64,000 nucleotides of DNA from positions 27,280,001-27,344,000 of the forward strand of contig NC_135764.1 of NCBI RefSeq assembly GCF_052425735.1. Reading direction: 5' to 3'. Source of the DNA: Oculina patagonica (taxonomy: Eukaryota). The notes under the pieces are model-generated. The model searched no databases, was not told the origin of the DNA, and saw nothing but the letters and a program-made list of their open reading frames with translations. The translations under genes and the position numbers were made by a program. Below are positions 12,501-26,408 of the stretch, piece by piece; position 1 is the first letter of the stretch, and the number at the start of each line of letters is the position of its first letter.

Positions 12501-15500
12501 GTGCGTGTAATGGACACCACCGATAATGTGACCCCGCCCCTTCAAGAACACACAGTTTGCGTTATACGTGACAGAAATATCTAAATAGCGTGTCTACGCC
12601 TTATGTGAGCCGTGCTGTCTAATTAACCGCAACTGATACTTTCGAGTATGTACATCACACTGGTCTGTAGTTCATGGTCCATTCATCCAGATTTTAGCAC
12701 GTGTCACCCGTTCAATTGATGAAAAAGTGTTTTTATGGACTTTGAAGCCAGTCTTTACTTCACGTATTGACCGATCAGTAATAAAAAAAAAAATAACAGA
12801 CGCCTATCATTGGATTAGGAAAATGTTGACCAAAAATATTTTATTACGTGATAATAAGCAGAAAAGGGTGGTTTTAAAAAACAATCTGAAGAAATAAAAA
12901 TGCTTTCGGTGGTATTGAAATTAGATGTATTAAAGTAACCCCGGCATGATCGTAATGGCATTGCATTGTGATATTTCAATACGTGTAATAGGGTACAACC
13001 AATGATATAGGACTACCCAGAAAGCGACTGGTCTTTTTTCAAGATGAAATAAATATTTTAAAAAGGAAGATATAATACAGCGAGTAAAGGACCTGGCCAC
13101 TTCGATAACCACGTTCAAAATGGATCAGGAAAAGCCAAATAAGTACAAACAACATGGGTTAGGGATTTCGTGAGCCCGACATGCTGTTATCGATAATGAT
13201 TCAAAAAAGCAAGTTTATAGGCGATTACCCCGGTTTATTAATTTTGTCCCAATGCCGTTGTCGTGAACTCACACCTCAACTCACTTTTTCCTCGCCAAAT
13301 AGAGGCTTGTCTTAGTATTCAGGTGATTTGTTCGCTACTTTCAAGTACACATGGCTCTCTTATTATCGAGAGTGATTAATGACCAAAACCTAGCTCTTCT
13401 AGCTCCACCCCAACAAGTGCTCAAACCAGCTCAATTTAACGTTCCTTTAAAAAAATTCGTCCACAAATATTATGCATTGAAATTCCGGACGACATTTGAC
13501 GAATATTTTATGTCTGCATAGACGCAATGAGGCGAGATAAAGCGGGGCTATAATTTACATGTTTTGTCTCTAATTTTGCTGGTATAAAGACGATTTGTTC
13601 TGAAAAGACAAAAATTATTTAACTTACCTCGACTCTGTAAATTCTCAAACGGCAATCAAACGGCAAGGCTCTCCGAATTCAACTGACAGATTCTACCTAT
13701 TAGAAGTTATTATTTTCTTTATCAAAGGGATTTGAATGCAAACCTCTTCGGCACGAACATTCAAAGGTCATTTAGGGTTCATCTCACGAGATTGGCGGCT
13801 GATCATTGGTTAGACGCAGAAAAAACAAGTTCTCGATTTCATGTTTTTTCACGTACAGATATGATATCAGCCGAGGAATGCATATTAATGGCATAATTAG
13901 AGGTAATAAAATACACAAGAAGATAAATATATCCGGTTGAAAACATCCAGGTAAAATTTCGGTCTCTCTCTTGACGCTTGCAGAGGCGTTTCTGGGGAAT
14001 GGTTTTCTAACCTCAAAGGAATAAATCGGCAAGAAATAATTTATTAGGGCTCCAATCCCGAAGAACCTAATACCTTTTTTTTATCCACATTGACGTCGGA
14101 TCTTGCAGACCAGCAAATTTCACCCTCGAGGCTCGCTTTCGAAGTCGGTAAACTTGTAAATTTTATCATTATCAAATTCCCAAAGCAGCAAAGATTAAAA
14201 AAATGCCCACGTGAAAACAGCTTGAATGTGCCAGGAGCTTGAAATGAATTTCGCGCAGACTCCGGCGTTACTAGTTTGACATTTCGTGGTTTTGGGGAAC
14301 ATCTTGACCTCAACTATGTGCATCGTTCATTTAAATTCCGGTAATAGATGCTTCGTTTCTGATTTGCGTCCTAAAGTTCCCACGTTCGCCCTTCTTAATC
14401 ATATTTTTAATCTTTAACGATTTTTATTCCGCTGGTTTTTTTCCTACCATAATTAAATATTATTAAAAATTTCCTTTCGTGACAAATAAAACTTCTCTCA
14501 GAAAAACGCAACTTGTTTGATGATTGATGAAACAAAACAATAATGAATGGCTTTTTGAAGCTACTGTCACCGTCGTCCAAATAGTATCTAACAGTTGAAC
14601 TCTAAACCCGTTCCAAGAGCCTTCGTTCTTACTGCTCAGTGACAGTACGATAATGCAGACTGCGGAGGCCCTGAGGAACTAGATTTGCTCATACACGCGC
14701 GCGCAAGTTGTGAAATGTTGCGATGTGTATAAACCACAAAAGCCGAATCCCACATGTCTGAATAGCTGTGGATTGAAGTTCTCAGCGGTTTAACATACAA
14801 ACGAGGCTAAAGGGTCATTCTGCTTGTGTTCACTTGTTTGCCCTTTCGCCTCGTTCGCATACATTTTTAAAGAAAGAATATATTTCGCGGGCCAACGCAG
14901 GTATTATAAACGTGTGTCACATTACGTAGCAAAATGTTTCGCGTATTTTCTATTTTATTTCGTAAAATAGGAGAGTAGAAATCTCGGTTTCTACTATCAA
15001 CTAAATGATCACTTTATTTTAAGCAAATCCGTGAAAAATATTCGAAGCCTGAAGTTGATTAAAACTTGTCGTTCGCTCTGACAGCTGTGGTTAAGCTTTT
15101 TAAATTTGAATTCTCCATCTGTTCATCCTATAGCTTATATTATGAATTTTAATTTAGTGCGTTGCGATGCACAATCTGAGCTCAACATATGATTGTGGGG
15201 GTCTTGTGTGGTAAATATGTAACTCGATAGGTGCTATTTGTTTATTTTTACGTAAGAAAATTAGGAACTCAAAATCACAATTTTTAAAAGAGAATTTACA
15301 TTTCTTTTCGGCTGGCAAAAGCTAATGACGTTATCAAAGTGATTTATCTTTCAGACTACAGCCATAAATTTAATTTTTCATAGCCCTTGAGCTTAATAAT
15401 CTTAAATCTGAAAATAAAAGACGAAAGATCGATATCTACAGCAAAGCTTCTTCAATCGACCTTCAAGACCTTTTAAAAATTCGCCAAAGTTCACGAAATC

Positions 15501-15571
15501 CCACGCCTTCGAAAACTCAACCTTTATTTGGAAAGCGCCGAAGTTGTGCGGCAAACACAAAGGCTTTCAAG

Positions 15572-15814
15572 ATGAATATGGTGGAATCGCTTGAACAGCT
15601 GTCTTCGGCCAGCGGGAAGAAAAGCAAAAAAGCCAAGAAACAACATTTCAACGATGGAATGGTAGACGCTGGCGACAGGGAAGCGAAGAAGCGAGCTCAT
15701 TCAACAACAGGTCTGGCGGTGGCAGTGACATACAATGTGCTTATTTTCGCGTACGCTTGGTACACGAGAAATTATTTGGTTATGATGCTGGTTGTGGCAA
15801 CGTGGATGGTCTGA
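15572..15814 (+). CDS. Possible small membrane protein (basic N-half, hydrophobic C-half)
   Basis: 80-aa ORF in good ATG context (aagATG) with KKSKKAKK and two hydrophobic stretches. Candidate upstream donor at ~14900 and acceptor at ~15354. No family recognised. Confidence 0.35.
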   Translation: MNMVESLEQLSSASGKKSKKAKKQHFNDGMVDAGDREAKKRAHSTTGLAVAVTYNVLIFAYAWYTRNYLVMMLVVATWMV

Positions 15815-17981
15815 AGCGTGATTACGAATAACACACGGCCTCCACTGAAAAGCATGTACAACTAGGAATTTTCTCGCAATATTGACGGTGAAACTCATAT
15901 AATTTACAATGATGTGAACCTGAACAGAAAGACTCTGAACATTTGATTGAAGTTGCATGCGGTAATTATTGCCGTATAAAAACACCAAAACTGACAAACA
16001 AAATATTAACCTGATATAACGAACGTCGATTTTTGTTGCCAAAACTTCCATTGGCGCGCGCGTTGTGTCTGCCTAGCTAAGATTTATTCTTAAGGTACAC
16101 TGGTGCACACGGAAAGTTCTAATAACTTCTTAAACGTACGATTCCCGTTAAAGGACACCATGTAAATACCGAATATTGTATTTATATTAAAAGCTCCCAA
16201 CCATGCGAATAAGCACCGCAGCGTTGAATAAGCGCCCATCACTATTAGCGTGAGGCAAAAGTTAATAAGAGCCCAGCCTCGAATAAGCGCCCAGGCCGAC
16301 CCCACTCCTGAGTATTGACCTTAGTGACAATTGGGTAAACATCTAAGAATGTTGTTGACTACGTTCTAAAAGATTCTTTCAAGACCAAGTTTACTGTTAG
16401 CTCATTTGTGTACTAGAAACATTCAATGAACGAGTTAATATCTATTAGCCAATCTTTAGTACATTTTTAAAATAAACTAACCACTTACTAAGAATGGTGA
16501 AAAATTTAATAAGCGCCCTTTAGCCTCGAATTAGCGTCCACTCTCAAGGTCCAAAAATTCTCTTTAAGTGCGATTCCAAGGCGCTTAATCGAACCATATA
16601 CAGTATATTTTACGTGTTTTAAAATGGTGTTCATTGACTTTACTGACTGTTTCAAACAGCCGCAACTGGAAAAGCAGTGGTCGATTTTAAATTTTTTGTA
16701 GACAGATCGCTGCTAATTAGTAGGTTGGGGCAGGAGCCCATTACGTATACCGGCTGGTTGGGATTATTATCGTAAATTCTTCGGTCTCTGGATAGAAATT
16801 GGAATCACTATCAATAGTTAAGCACGAGGTACTATAGTAAAAAAGCATACCAGAAACTTTAGGAAAACCACAGTATGTAAATGATACCAGACATACAGTT
16901 TGCTGTAAAATTTAAAAACATATGTCCCCCAAAAGCAAGTGACCTCCCCTTTTCCGATACAGTAAAATACCCGCGTAAAATTAGAGAACAAGAGGAATAA
17001 GAACACTCAGGCTGAAATTTGGTCAAAGAACTATCATATACATAAAAACACATTCAACCTTTAAAATAAAAATTGTTCTTTTATAAAAAAAAATGGCTCC
17101 TTTTTTATAATAGCTCTCCCCCTCCCCCTATTTATTTTTTTTTTTTTTTTTTTCCTCATTTAATAAATTTTTCTCCCCTTCATTTTTTCTTATATGCAGT
17201 ATTTAATTTAGAACACCTAAAAAGAGCAATGTCACGATATTTGAAGCCATTTTTCTGATTACTTCCAAATTGAAGCGAAAAACCTCAAAATAATAGTTTT
17301 CTAACATAGAAAAACAACAAAGGAGTAATAAAAACTAGAAAATAACCAGGGATGGTTTCGACTGACGAAGATTAAAACGGATTACGTACGACATACTTCA
17401 AAAAACTTGCCAGTTTTTTTTTCAAGATGGGTTGTTTATGACGTAGCTCCTATAAGAACATTTTCAGGCTGATTTTGCAGAAAATACCCAACATAAAAAA
17501 AACAAAATCAGTCTAAACCCCCCGAAACATGTGCTCTCCAACCAAATCATTCCCAGATGAATTTTAGATAAACTCGCAAAGTTTGGCAGCGTTTGGTTGA
17601 ATCTTGAAAAAGTTATAAGCGTTCAAAGACAGCACGCAGGCACTTTCCGTCCCCCCCCCCCCGGTCTAGATAGGGTTAAACAACGAATTGTACAACGACA
17701 AAAGCACCCTCTCTCGACGACGACCATATATTCGATAAAACAAAAACATACATTCTTAGTAGCAAAACCGTTATTCAAAGATAAATGAAAACAGCAGACT
17801 GATAGCAGACTGATCTATACGGCACAGAAAGGACGGATGCAAGATGAACAAAACTAAAATATATATTCTATTTCAGTTTGAAGCACAAACCCTCAACAGG
17901 AAGTAAAGCTTGACAAATATGAAATTTATTAATATGATTGGTAACAATAGTGACAGGTAAACTAAAATATGGTCCGTTTGT

Positions 17982-18128
17982 GTGTTCTAGTGTTCTAATA
18001 GGTTCTAGTGTTCTAATAGGTTCTAGTGTTCTAATAGGTTCTAGTGTTTAATAGTTCTAGTGTTCTAATAGGTTCTAGTGTTCTAATAGTTCTAGTGTTC
18101 TAATGTGTTCTAGTGTTCTAATAGGTTC
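17982..18128. repeat. Minisatellite, ~19-bp unit gttctagtgttctaatag(g)
   Basis: About 7-8 tandem copies are directly visible. Confidence 0.9.
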
Positions 18129-19334
18129 TCGTCTATGCCAGACATTTGGCATAGACGAGGCAAGATCTTGCTAGAAGGTTCTGGGGGCATGCCTAGGCTT
18201 TTATAGATTGTGCTCCTAAAAGTGGCATTATGCTACTAGCAGGCCAAATGAAATCAAATATGCCAGAACCTTCTTCTGATTCCATATGCCAAAAAGACGT
18301 AGATCTATACATAGAGGTGCGTCGACACAATTTCAGTTTTTAATAAACTGTTTTTAATTTTTTGTGTTTATGGCAGTTTATCACGGCCGTCAGCTGTCCA
18401 ATAGCGCTCGCATCTCTAAACCGTTGTAAATGCCTCCAACGACTTAACAATCACAATTGTATAGCTAAAACACGCATTGCAAGAACAAACTACCTAAATT
18501 TCATTTATTTCTGTAGAAAGTACACCATATTTACTACATTTTATGAATTTATGCTCCAAAAAGTGCTAAAAATTGCTAATTATGCCGTGGCAGTGCTCGT
18601 TTCACAAATTATGCTTTTTAGCTCCAATTATGCCAAAAACTATGCTAGCACAATCTATAAAGGCCTAGCCGCATGCCCTTCAGAAAAAGTGTGGAAATTA
18701 AGAATCTCTGAAACACTTTTTTATCTTTTTTTACAAGGTATTTCGTGAAAGAAATCAAACTTGTTCAACTAGGGATTATTTTCTTTACTAAGCATATCTT
18801 GTTTTCAATTTTGGGGTAAAATCAAGATGAGGCAAGTGCCTCGTCTTGCCTCTTGCTAGTTACGGCCCTGGTGTTTTCGCATTATCAATAATACGGGGTT
18901 TTACGTGCCTTTTTACCATGAACAAAATCGACATCAGTAAATTATTTTCATTACTCCTTATTTACTTTATTTTCTATCAATTTCCAATATTCATTTGAGC
19001 TGGATGCTCTTTACACGTTACAAAGGATTCTCCAGTACTTTTAAAAGACCCTGTAAAAATTTTTTAAGCAAATGGTCCCCAATTAATTGCCGTACGGATA
19101 ATATAACTGTTTCGGATACAAATTTAGGTACAAGGAGACGATTAACATTTCGGCCTAGAAATAAAAAATATATATTTTTCTAGAACTTCAATGACTTTTT
19201 ATTTTCAATCACGAAAATTTGTCTTACGAAATCTCATAGATTTCCGGTCGACTAAACTGTAGGAGAAATAATTGCATATTTCAAAGAGATAAAAAATGCG
19301 TTCTTCTGCCCTCCCCTCCCTCCCTTTCCCAATG

Positions 19335-19580
19335 AAGCCTTTGAGCCTAATGGTAACATAGAGCGTAGCATAGACCCACTGAAAGTTTTTCTACTCCCTC
19401 CCCCCCCCCTCGCCGGATTGGATACCAGTCCGTCCGGCCCCAAAATTTTTATTCACCCGACCCATTTATACACAAAATACAACGAACCCGGCAAGGATTC
19501 GAACCCCCGGAACGGTTGATCTGCTGGATCCGGAGTCCATGATCCAGCTCATTAAACATTAGACCTCCGCCCCTCCCCGC
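19335..19580 (-). mobile_element. Degenerate CORE-type SINE
   Basis: Patchy similarity to 12206-12500 (ctactccctccccc..ggat..agtcc, acccatttatac, gattcgaaccc). Confidence 0.45.
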
Positions 19581-20063
19581 TTTCTGCAATATCTCGAGTA
19601 TTCACCGGAAAATTTGATTCGCCCAATATAGAAACTGCAGAAAACTTTAAAGCCCCAGACAAAATTTTGAAATCGCCAAATTCTTGTTACATGGGAACCT
19701 GGTAATATATATAATTATAATCTGTACTTTATTATATACAAGAGCGGATCCGATCCACTGAGAGTATGAAGAGAGAACGTCTCCCCATTCTCTTTCCAGT
19801 TCGGTTCACGACTAGCGAGTTTCTTGGTTTGTTCGGGAATCTTTGGTAGTCTTCGGAAATCTTCCGAAATGATCGGCAATCGTCGGAAAATGGCCGAAAC
19901 GTTCTTGATATACTAAACAAAATAATATTGGCCTTTTTGGAGCCGTGTTAAAATGCCTAAAATTGAACTGTTTTATGTTACAGAGCCAAATAATTAAGTG
20001 TTTAGTGTTATCGAGGTACCCCCATTCAGGCCCTCGCGTAGGCAAGAGACTAAGCAATGTCAT

Positions 20064-21419
20064 TCAGTATTCGTACCATTTCATATTATCGCCTCTGCTG
20101 TTGGCACGGTCTCGGCTTGCGGACTCAGACATAATCAGTTCTCTGACAAGCTCGGCATTGTCAAAGCAATATAAAAGTTTCATACATGCATTTATAACAT
20201 ATCCAGGTCGAGGCGTCTCCACTCCACTGTAATCTCGCTTGTAAATCCCTCCCATGGCTGGGTCATGTAACGAATCCAAGTTTCCGATTTTGAAACCGAA
20301 ATCGATTGTGTCCTCATCGATGAAGGTCTGGATAATCCCGATCTTCACTTTAACCAGCTTGGCATTTTTCATTTTGGGAATGTATTTGGAAACACCGGCT
20401 AAAATTTTTTGGCCCTTGATATTTTTCTCATTTTCCGACAGGTTGAAGTGAATACGAGAAAATTCCGGTTCCAGCTCTCCAGAGGAACTCACGGCAATGT
20501 TTGTTTCAGGCGCATAGGTAATCATCCCAACCCGATTCCCCTTGTTGGAGAACATGCAAAAGGGCCCCATGCAGAAGAACATCGAAGGCATGTTGGCAAG
20601 ATCTTCTGGTAGACGCACTGTGGCGATTGCTTTAATCCGGTTGCATCTTTTTCGAGTCCACGCCGAAACGCCAAGCATCTTGTTGAATTTGGCAATGTTG
20701 TACCACGAGGCGTTCACGGTTACATCGGCAAAAATCTTAACGCCACCACCGTTTAACGTATGCACTGCATCCACGACATAGCCGCAGTGATCACTCACAG
20801 CCGTAATCTCAACAACTTCAGTGTTTGTCCTAATTGCAACCGTGTTGTCCTCTTGGAATTGCTCTAGTTGACTGATAATAAATCTCCTCAGTCTGGGCCA
20901 ATCCAGCAACTCTTCTGCTGTCTCGATTCCCATTTCAACGTTTTCCACTGCAACGTCTTTTTCGAATTCACAGGGTTCCAGAATTCGATAAAAGTGTTCA
21001 GGTGGGCCAAAGACTTCGTAACTTGCATCTTTACGGACCATCTTGGTGTACTCCTCCTTCAATGCGTCGTAAGTCTCGAGAATCTCTTTGATAGGCACCA
21101 TGGAATTCTTCATAATGAAGTATCTGCCTCGACGTAGCGGATGCGCTAGATCTCGACCCACCTCTTGCCGAAATCGACCGAACCTTCTGGTAAACTCTAC
21201 GGTGGCATGCAGATAGTAAAAAGCAGTGTCCTTGTCGGCGTAATGGAAGCCCAGCCCCATGCGTCCTGGTGTAGCGTCACTGCTTTCTCTCATCAATTCG
21301 TCATTTTTTTCTAAGAGATGAATGTTGAATCGCCTAGTCCGTGCCAATTCCAGAGCAGTGCAACAACCACCAGCTCCTCCACCGATGATGGCAATAGTTT
21401 GACGCTTCGACGGGTTCAT
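20064..21419 (-). CDS. Intronless FAD-dependent oxidoreductase (DAO/GR2-like Rossmann fold)
   Basis: 451-aa ORF with N-terminal IAIIGGGAGG..LLEKN dinucleotide-binding motif, SSDATPGRMGLGFHY, ADVTVNASW and GPF. Acceptor-like ttttcag at ~21482 suggests a 5'UTR intron. Confidence 0.85.
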   Translation of the reverse strand: MNPSKRQTIAIIGGGAGGCCTALELARTRRFNIHLLEKNDELMRESSDATPGRMGLGFHYADKDTAFYYLHATVEFTRRFGRFRQEVGRDLAHPLRRGRYFIMKNSMVPIKEILETYDALKEEYTKMVRKDASYEVFGPPEHFYRILEPCEFEKDVAVENVEMGIETAEELLDWPRLRRFIISQLEQFQEDNTVAIRTNTEVVEITAVSDHCGYVVDAVHTLNGGGVKIFADVTVNASWYNIAKFNKMLGVSAWTRKRCNRIKAIATVRLPEDLANMPSMFFCMGPFCMFSNKGNRVGMITYAPETNIAVSSSGELEPEFSRIHFNLSENEKNIKGQKILAGVSKYIPKMKNAKLVKVKIGIIQTFIDEDTIDFGFKIGNLDSLHDPAMGGIYKRDYSGVETPRPGYVINACMKLLYCFDNAELVRELIMSESASRDRANSRGDNMKWYEY

Positions 21420-24349
21420 GTTCTACTTGATGTCACGGTCGGCGGTTAATGCTGCTTATACAAAACAGCCTCACTGTAAACCTGAAAATGTGCAGATCAG
21501 ACTTTGAATAAATTAAAGAATCTTATCACATCTTAAAACTGGTCTCGTGCTGAAAAATATGCGTTCTAACAACGACTGTCTAATTAGTTTTTTGAGCGAT
21601 CCGAATTTGCAAAACGGACCGCTAAGATGGAAACCTCAATAATTATAGTTTCACCGATTTCTTTTCTTTTCTATATTTCTCTTTTTCTTTTTAAGCAAAA
21701 GAAAACTGTTTGCTTCACTTCGTAGAAATCTTTTTTCTAGTAATGTCTGGTCGGCAATCTTGGTTCAATTTCCAAGAAGTGCCTTACAAATGCATGGATA
21801 TTAACAATGGACCTCAACTCCAGCACGTCCATAAACTTAAAGAGGGGAGGTGAAAAGTGGTATGCAAATCCGCCGATCTGTTCTTTTTTTGGGGGGCCAA
21901 ATCAGTTAATCTCCCACTATTTTCGTTCAAATCCGGATCCGCATTTCTCGAGCTCGAAAACTTTGTGTGATATAGTTCAGTTCACTGCGACTAACGGTAG
22001 ATGCTGTTTTATGTCAATTTTTCAAGAGGTTTCGTTTAATAGCTGCTTCTTTTTGCGACAATTTCGCCAACATACCGCCGAAGACCGACCAAAGTGATCC
22101 GAACTTCGTTTTAGTATCCACGATCAGAGCTCCTTGACATGCCAAAATTCTCAGCTAATGCGCGATCCGCTGTATTTTTGTTAAGTCTGCGAATGCGCTC
22201 AATATATCAGAAACAAACCGCAGTGCGGGCGCATTCAAGGCCAAATCGATCCGCGAATCTATTCACCTCCCCCCACCCTCCTAAACAGATATATGTATTT
22301 TGTTTTAATAACGTGCATCGGCCCGGCTAAATTTAGTTCACGTTTTAGCCTCCAGAAAGCACCCTGGTCGCAGTCGAGTCTTTCTCCTTTCTGTGAAAGA
22401 AAAACAGTTCCACTCTTCGAGGCTCAAATTTGACTGGGAAACAGAAAAGAGAGAAGTAGAAAGTAGCGATAGCAAAAAGGCTGCGAAATGCGAAAGTATG
22501 GGTCCCTTTTGAAATTTAACTGTAATCTATATAACTGCCCAAACCAAATGGCCTACAAAACAAAACGTGCGAGAATGGAATTTTTAAAAGGCGTTTGAAT
22601 CCAAAAACTCGTAGGCGGATCAGGTCACAAATGGGGCGTCTAGAAAACTTTATTGATATACGGAGCCTGTTTAGGATTTAGTTTCACTTTTCCATCTCGA
22701 GAATGTCCTAAAGGATGTTTATTTAACCCTTTTAGCACTAAATAACTGAGGAATTTGTCCAATTTAATAAATACCCATGTATGATATACAATGTGAAAGC
22801 TTTTGACCTGTGTATTCTAAAAATCGCATCAACAATCACGGAAAAACTAATAGATTTGAAAAAAAGATGGTTAAAAAGTAAGAACGAAAAAGTCAATATA
22901 CCCCTATAAACTATTCCTTATTTTCAGCTCTCAGGGAATAGGTTCATAACAAATGCATTAGCGATCGTAAAATTATTTCATAAAAAATGTTGCAAAACTT
23001 CAAGGGGTGGTGAACCCTATCGTATATTTGTTTTGGCGTACGGCGTATTGTATTATTGTGTGAGCATAAGTTTGTGAGCATAAGTCATCTCGAGGATCTT
23101 GATGGACGTTTCTTTAAAATTACTTAGAACGGTCACCTCAGATCAATGCAGCTAAGAAAGAAATGTAATTCACCATACCACATCGACAATGTAAATTAAT
23201 TTTATTTTAGAAAAATCTTTGATTGATGATTTCGGTGTTTCTGGCCACTCAACGAATCCCTAATAATAGTATCAGTGTTTCGTAATGTTAATTACAGTTA
23301 CATCATTTGTCACGACGTGTCGAGTATTGTGTGAATAAAGTGTTAAGTTTCGTTCTTTAAGTGGAGCATAAGTTTCTTTTAGAATCCGAATTGCATCATC
23401 TTCCAGTGGAGCATAAGCTTCCTATAGAATCGAATTGTATCCTCGGCTTCCAGTCGGGCATAAGTTTCTATAGAATCGAATCGTCTGTCCTTAACTTCCT
23501 TTAAAATCACCAAACATCGCTTCAAACTTTTTATTAAATTTTTGGGGCCCTAGGGGAGGCGTTTATTAGAGAGGGGCGTTTATTTCACTATAGCTGTAAC
23601 AACATCAACAAAACAAATAGGATGCGTAGTTTGCTAGCGGAGTAAGATACAAAACAGAGTTGGTGAGTAGGAGACTAATCTATTCTGCGCTAATACAAGA
23701 CCTAAAGATGTCGTTCAAAGTTCGATATCGACGTTTTCATCGTCATGGGGGTCAACCATGTTAGAGTAGTTGGCCTCTTCGATGTCGGAGTCGAGCAAGA
23801 AACTAACTATATTGCGTGATTTTATTCTATGGAGCATTTCCTTGGTTGTTGAGGTGATTCTTCGAGGGGGCGTCTATTAGACCAATGCTGCTACACTACC
23901 TTTCATATATACAAACGTCTTATTTTTTGTTCCTAAACCAAGTGAAGAATGAATGTTGTTATTTTTGCCATGACTTGAGCCTGAAAACGTTCTTGACATG
24001 ATTGTTTTCAACTCTGTGTTTCGTTTAGCTATTTTTAAAAAGAGATGTGGAGTACATCGTATTTTGTACTGATGATAAGTGCTTTTCCTTCAGTGGGTCT
24101 TTGCTATAAAGGTATGCTCTCAGTATGTTCATAAAATTTTGGTCAATCCAATTTATCGCATCGGCGAGTCAAATATATTTTTGGAAAAACTTCTTTGATG
24201 ACTGCGCTGCGTTTTTTTATATACAAAACAAACCTTATATAATTTGCGTGATGTATATTGTATATTTTTCACGACCGTGTGTTGTGGGGCTTCACCCGTT
24301 GTCATTCGAGTTGATGTACATTTTAGACTGCTTTTAGAATGCTGCCCAT

Positions 24350-24850
24350 AAACCCGTAAAGGCCGTTGGTTTCATCGGCATCTTAACAAAGTCTAAGCTA
24401 AGACACGTTTGATCAAGACCTATCGACGGAAGTTGTTTTAAGAATTAACTGCAAAGACTGTGAGAAATTTTATATCAGATCAGACAAACATCACAAGCAG
24501 CGTCAAGATCTAGAACAAAAAAGCACAAAAAAGCTGCTTTTTACGGGTGACAAAAACTCTCTATTGGCGCAACTTTGTATGCAAAACATACAGGCAAAAC
24601 AACCACGAATTCGAATTCGCAATATGTACAGATTATAGATCGTTGTTCTTAGTGGACACACAGATTGTTTTTAGAAGGTAGCATTCTACTCGTAAACCGA
24701 ATTCGATTATCGAACACATGCACATTTCAGACATGTACAAAATCTTGGTCAATCTCTAGTAGTGGGTTCTAGCCTTTTAAAAATACCTTTGGACGCCGTT
24801 TCCAATTATTGCTGAAAAAGGTTACAGTATTTTTTAACGGAAACGTCCCA
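24350..24850 (+). mobile_element. Degenerate Penelope-like element (GIY-YIG remnant)
   Basis: Decayed ..INCKDCEKFYI..QT..RSRTK.HKKA, followed by a ctgaaaaagg..gaaacgtc terminal motif. Confidence 0.55.
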
Positions 24851-25705
24851 TTTTTTCCAATTTTAGTCTTGACAACAATTATTTTTAGTTTTAATGCATT
24901 TTAGACAGACATTGATAACAAGACATTTGTGTAAACCGCTTTGTAAAAATCGCTGGGAAACGTCCAGGAACTGCCTTAGTTTAGGAAATGTCTATACAAC
25001 TAGTTTCCTAGCACGAAAGGAAAATACCCGATTCAATGGTTTTGGTGGTTCAAAAATGCAATATATTTGGAAGAAACTTCTTTGATGACTGCGTTTTTAA
25101 GCTACTAAACAACAAACCCCATATAATTTTCGTGATGTAAATTGTATATTTTTCACGACCGTGTTGTGAAGGGCGCCACACGTCGTCATTTGCATTTTGG
25201 ACAACATGCACATTTTAGACAGGCATTTGTAACAAGACATTTGGGCCAACTGTTAAGTAGAAAAAAGCTTACGAAAAACATATACAGCTTGTTTCCTAGC
25301 TTGAAAGGAAAAATGTCCGATGTATTGTTTTTGGGTTGAAAAATGCCACTATTAAGACGAACTGACGTGCACCTAGCTGTTGCATGCATTGTGGAGATTA
25401 TGATTCATTCCTTACCTCGGTGTACAAAGACTTTGCACGTCTGTGTTGTACCTCAGCTGGTCTGTAGAACTGCGGCTGGAACACAAAATCGCGCCCGGTA
25501 AGCCACACGCTTTTATCCTTATATTGGACAATTTAGCCCGTCGTAGATTTATGTCCAATATATATACTTGACTCATTCGATCATAGTCCGTTTCACGGAT
25601 ACGAGCGCCATCTTGAATAATTTGATTTCGCAATGCAGTATGAGTCAAAAAGGGGGCATAAAATCCAAGATGGCGTCGCGAGGGTACACGAGTGAAGAAC
25701 AGATG

Positions 25706-26408
25706 TAGCCAGCGTAGCTTGGAGTTCTAGTCAGTCGGGGAGAGCGAGAAATCGCGCGCGCGAGCAAAGCGACGGCGGAAGGCAGAAGGAAAGAAAGAAC
25801 GCCAGCCGCCAGACGCCTCTTAAACGGGAGAAATCTTTTCACGTAATTATGTAAATAATACGCGTAATTTGTGAAGACCGGAAATAAAAAGGTGACGTGT
25901 TCTGTCAAACTCACGTGTGGTACAGGATGTACAAAACAAATAAACCCCGGGAAAATTATCAGGCTCATATTAATTTTTGCAAAATGTCTGCAAATTCGGG
26001 AGGTCCAAAGAAAAATTCATCTGCGAGTCGAAGCGGGGGAAGAAAACCAGTTAAAGTTTCAAATGATCACTGCCGAGTTTGTTTGCCTGCAATAGCATCC
26101 ATTTGTAATTCACACTGCTTTGCTTCACTCGTCACTTGTCAAATGCTAATTGAGCGGCCTGAATTTTGCGTGCATGCGAATGAGTCATTTGGAATAAATT
26201 AAAGCCAACAAACCAATCACAGGACAGATAAGCAATTTTAGCCAATGGGAATTAGCGGCCTCTGGAGGCCGCTAATTCGAAAGATTTCTCCCGTTTAAGA
26301 GGCGTCTGGCGGCTGGCGTTCTTTCTTTCTGCCTTCCGCCGTCGCTTTGCTCGCGCGCGCGATTTCTCGCTCCCCCCGACTGACTAGAACGCCAAGCTAC
26401 GCTGGCTA
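25706..26408. mobile_element. MITE with ~130-bp TIRs (TAGCC...GGCTA) and 9-bp TSD
   Basis: TSD gaacagatg at 25697-25705 and 26409-26417; TIRs 25706-25839 and 26280-26408. Confidence 0.9.

Noticed and set aside
17982-18128. CRISPR-like array
   Set aside because: Contiguous tandem units with no unique spacers, in a eukaryotic context.
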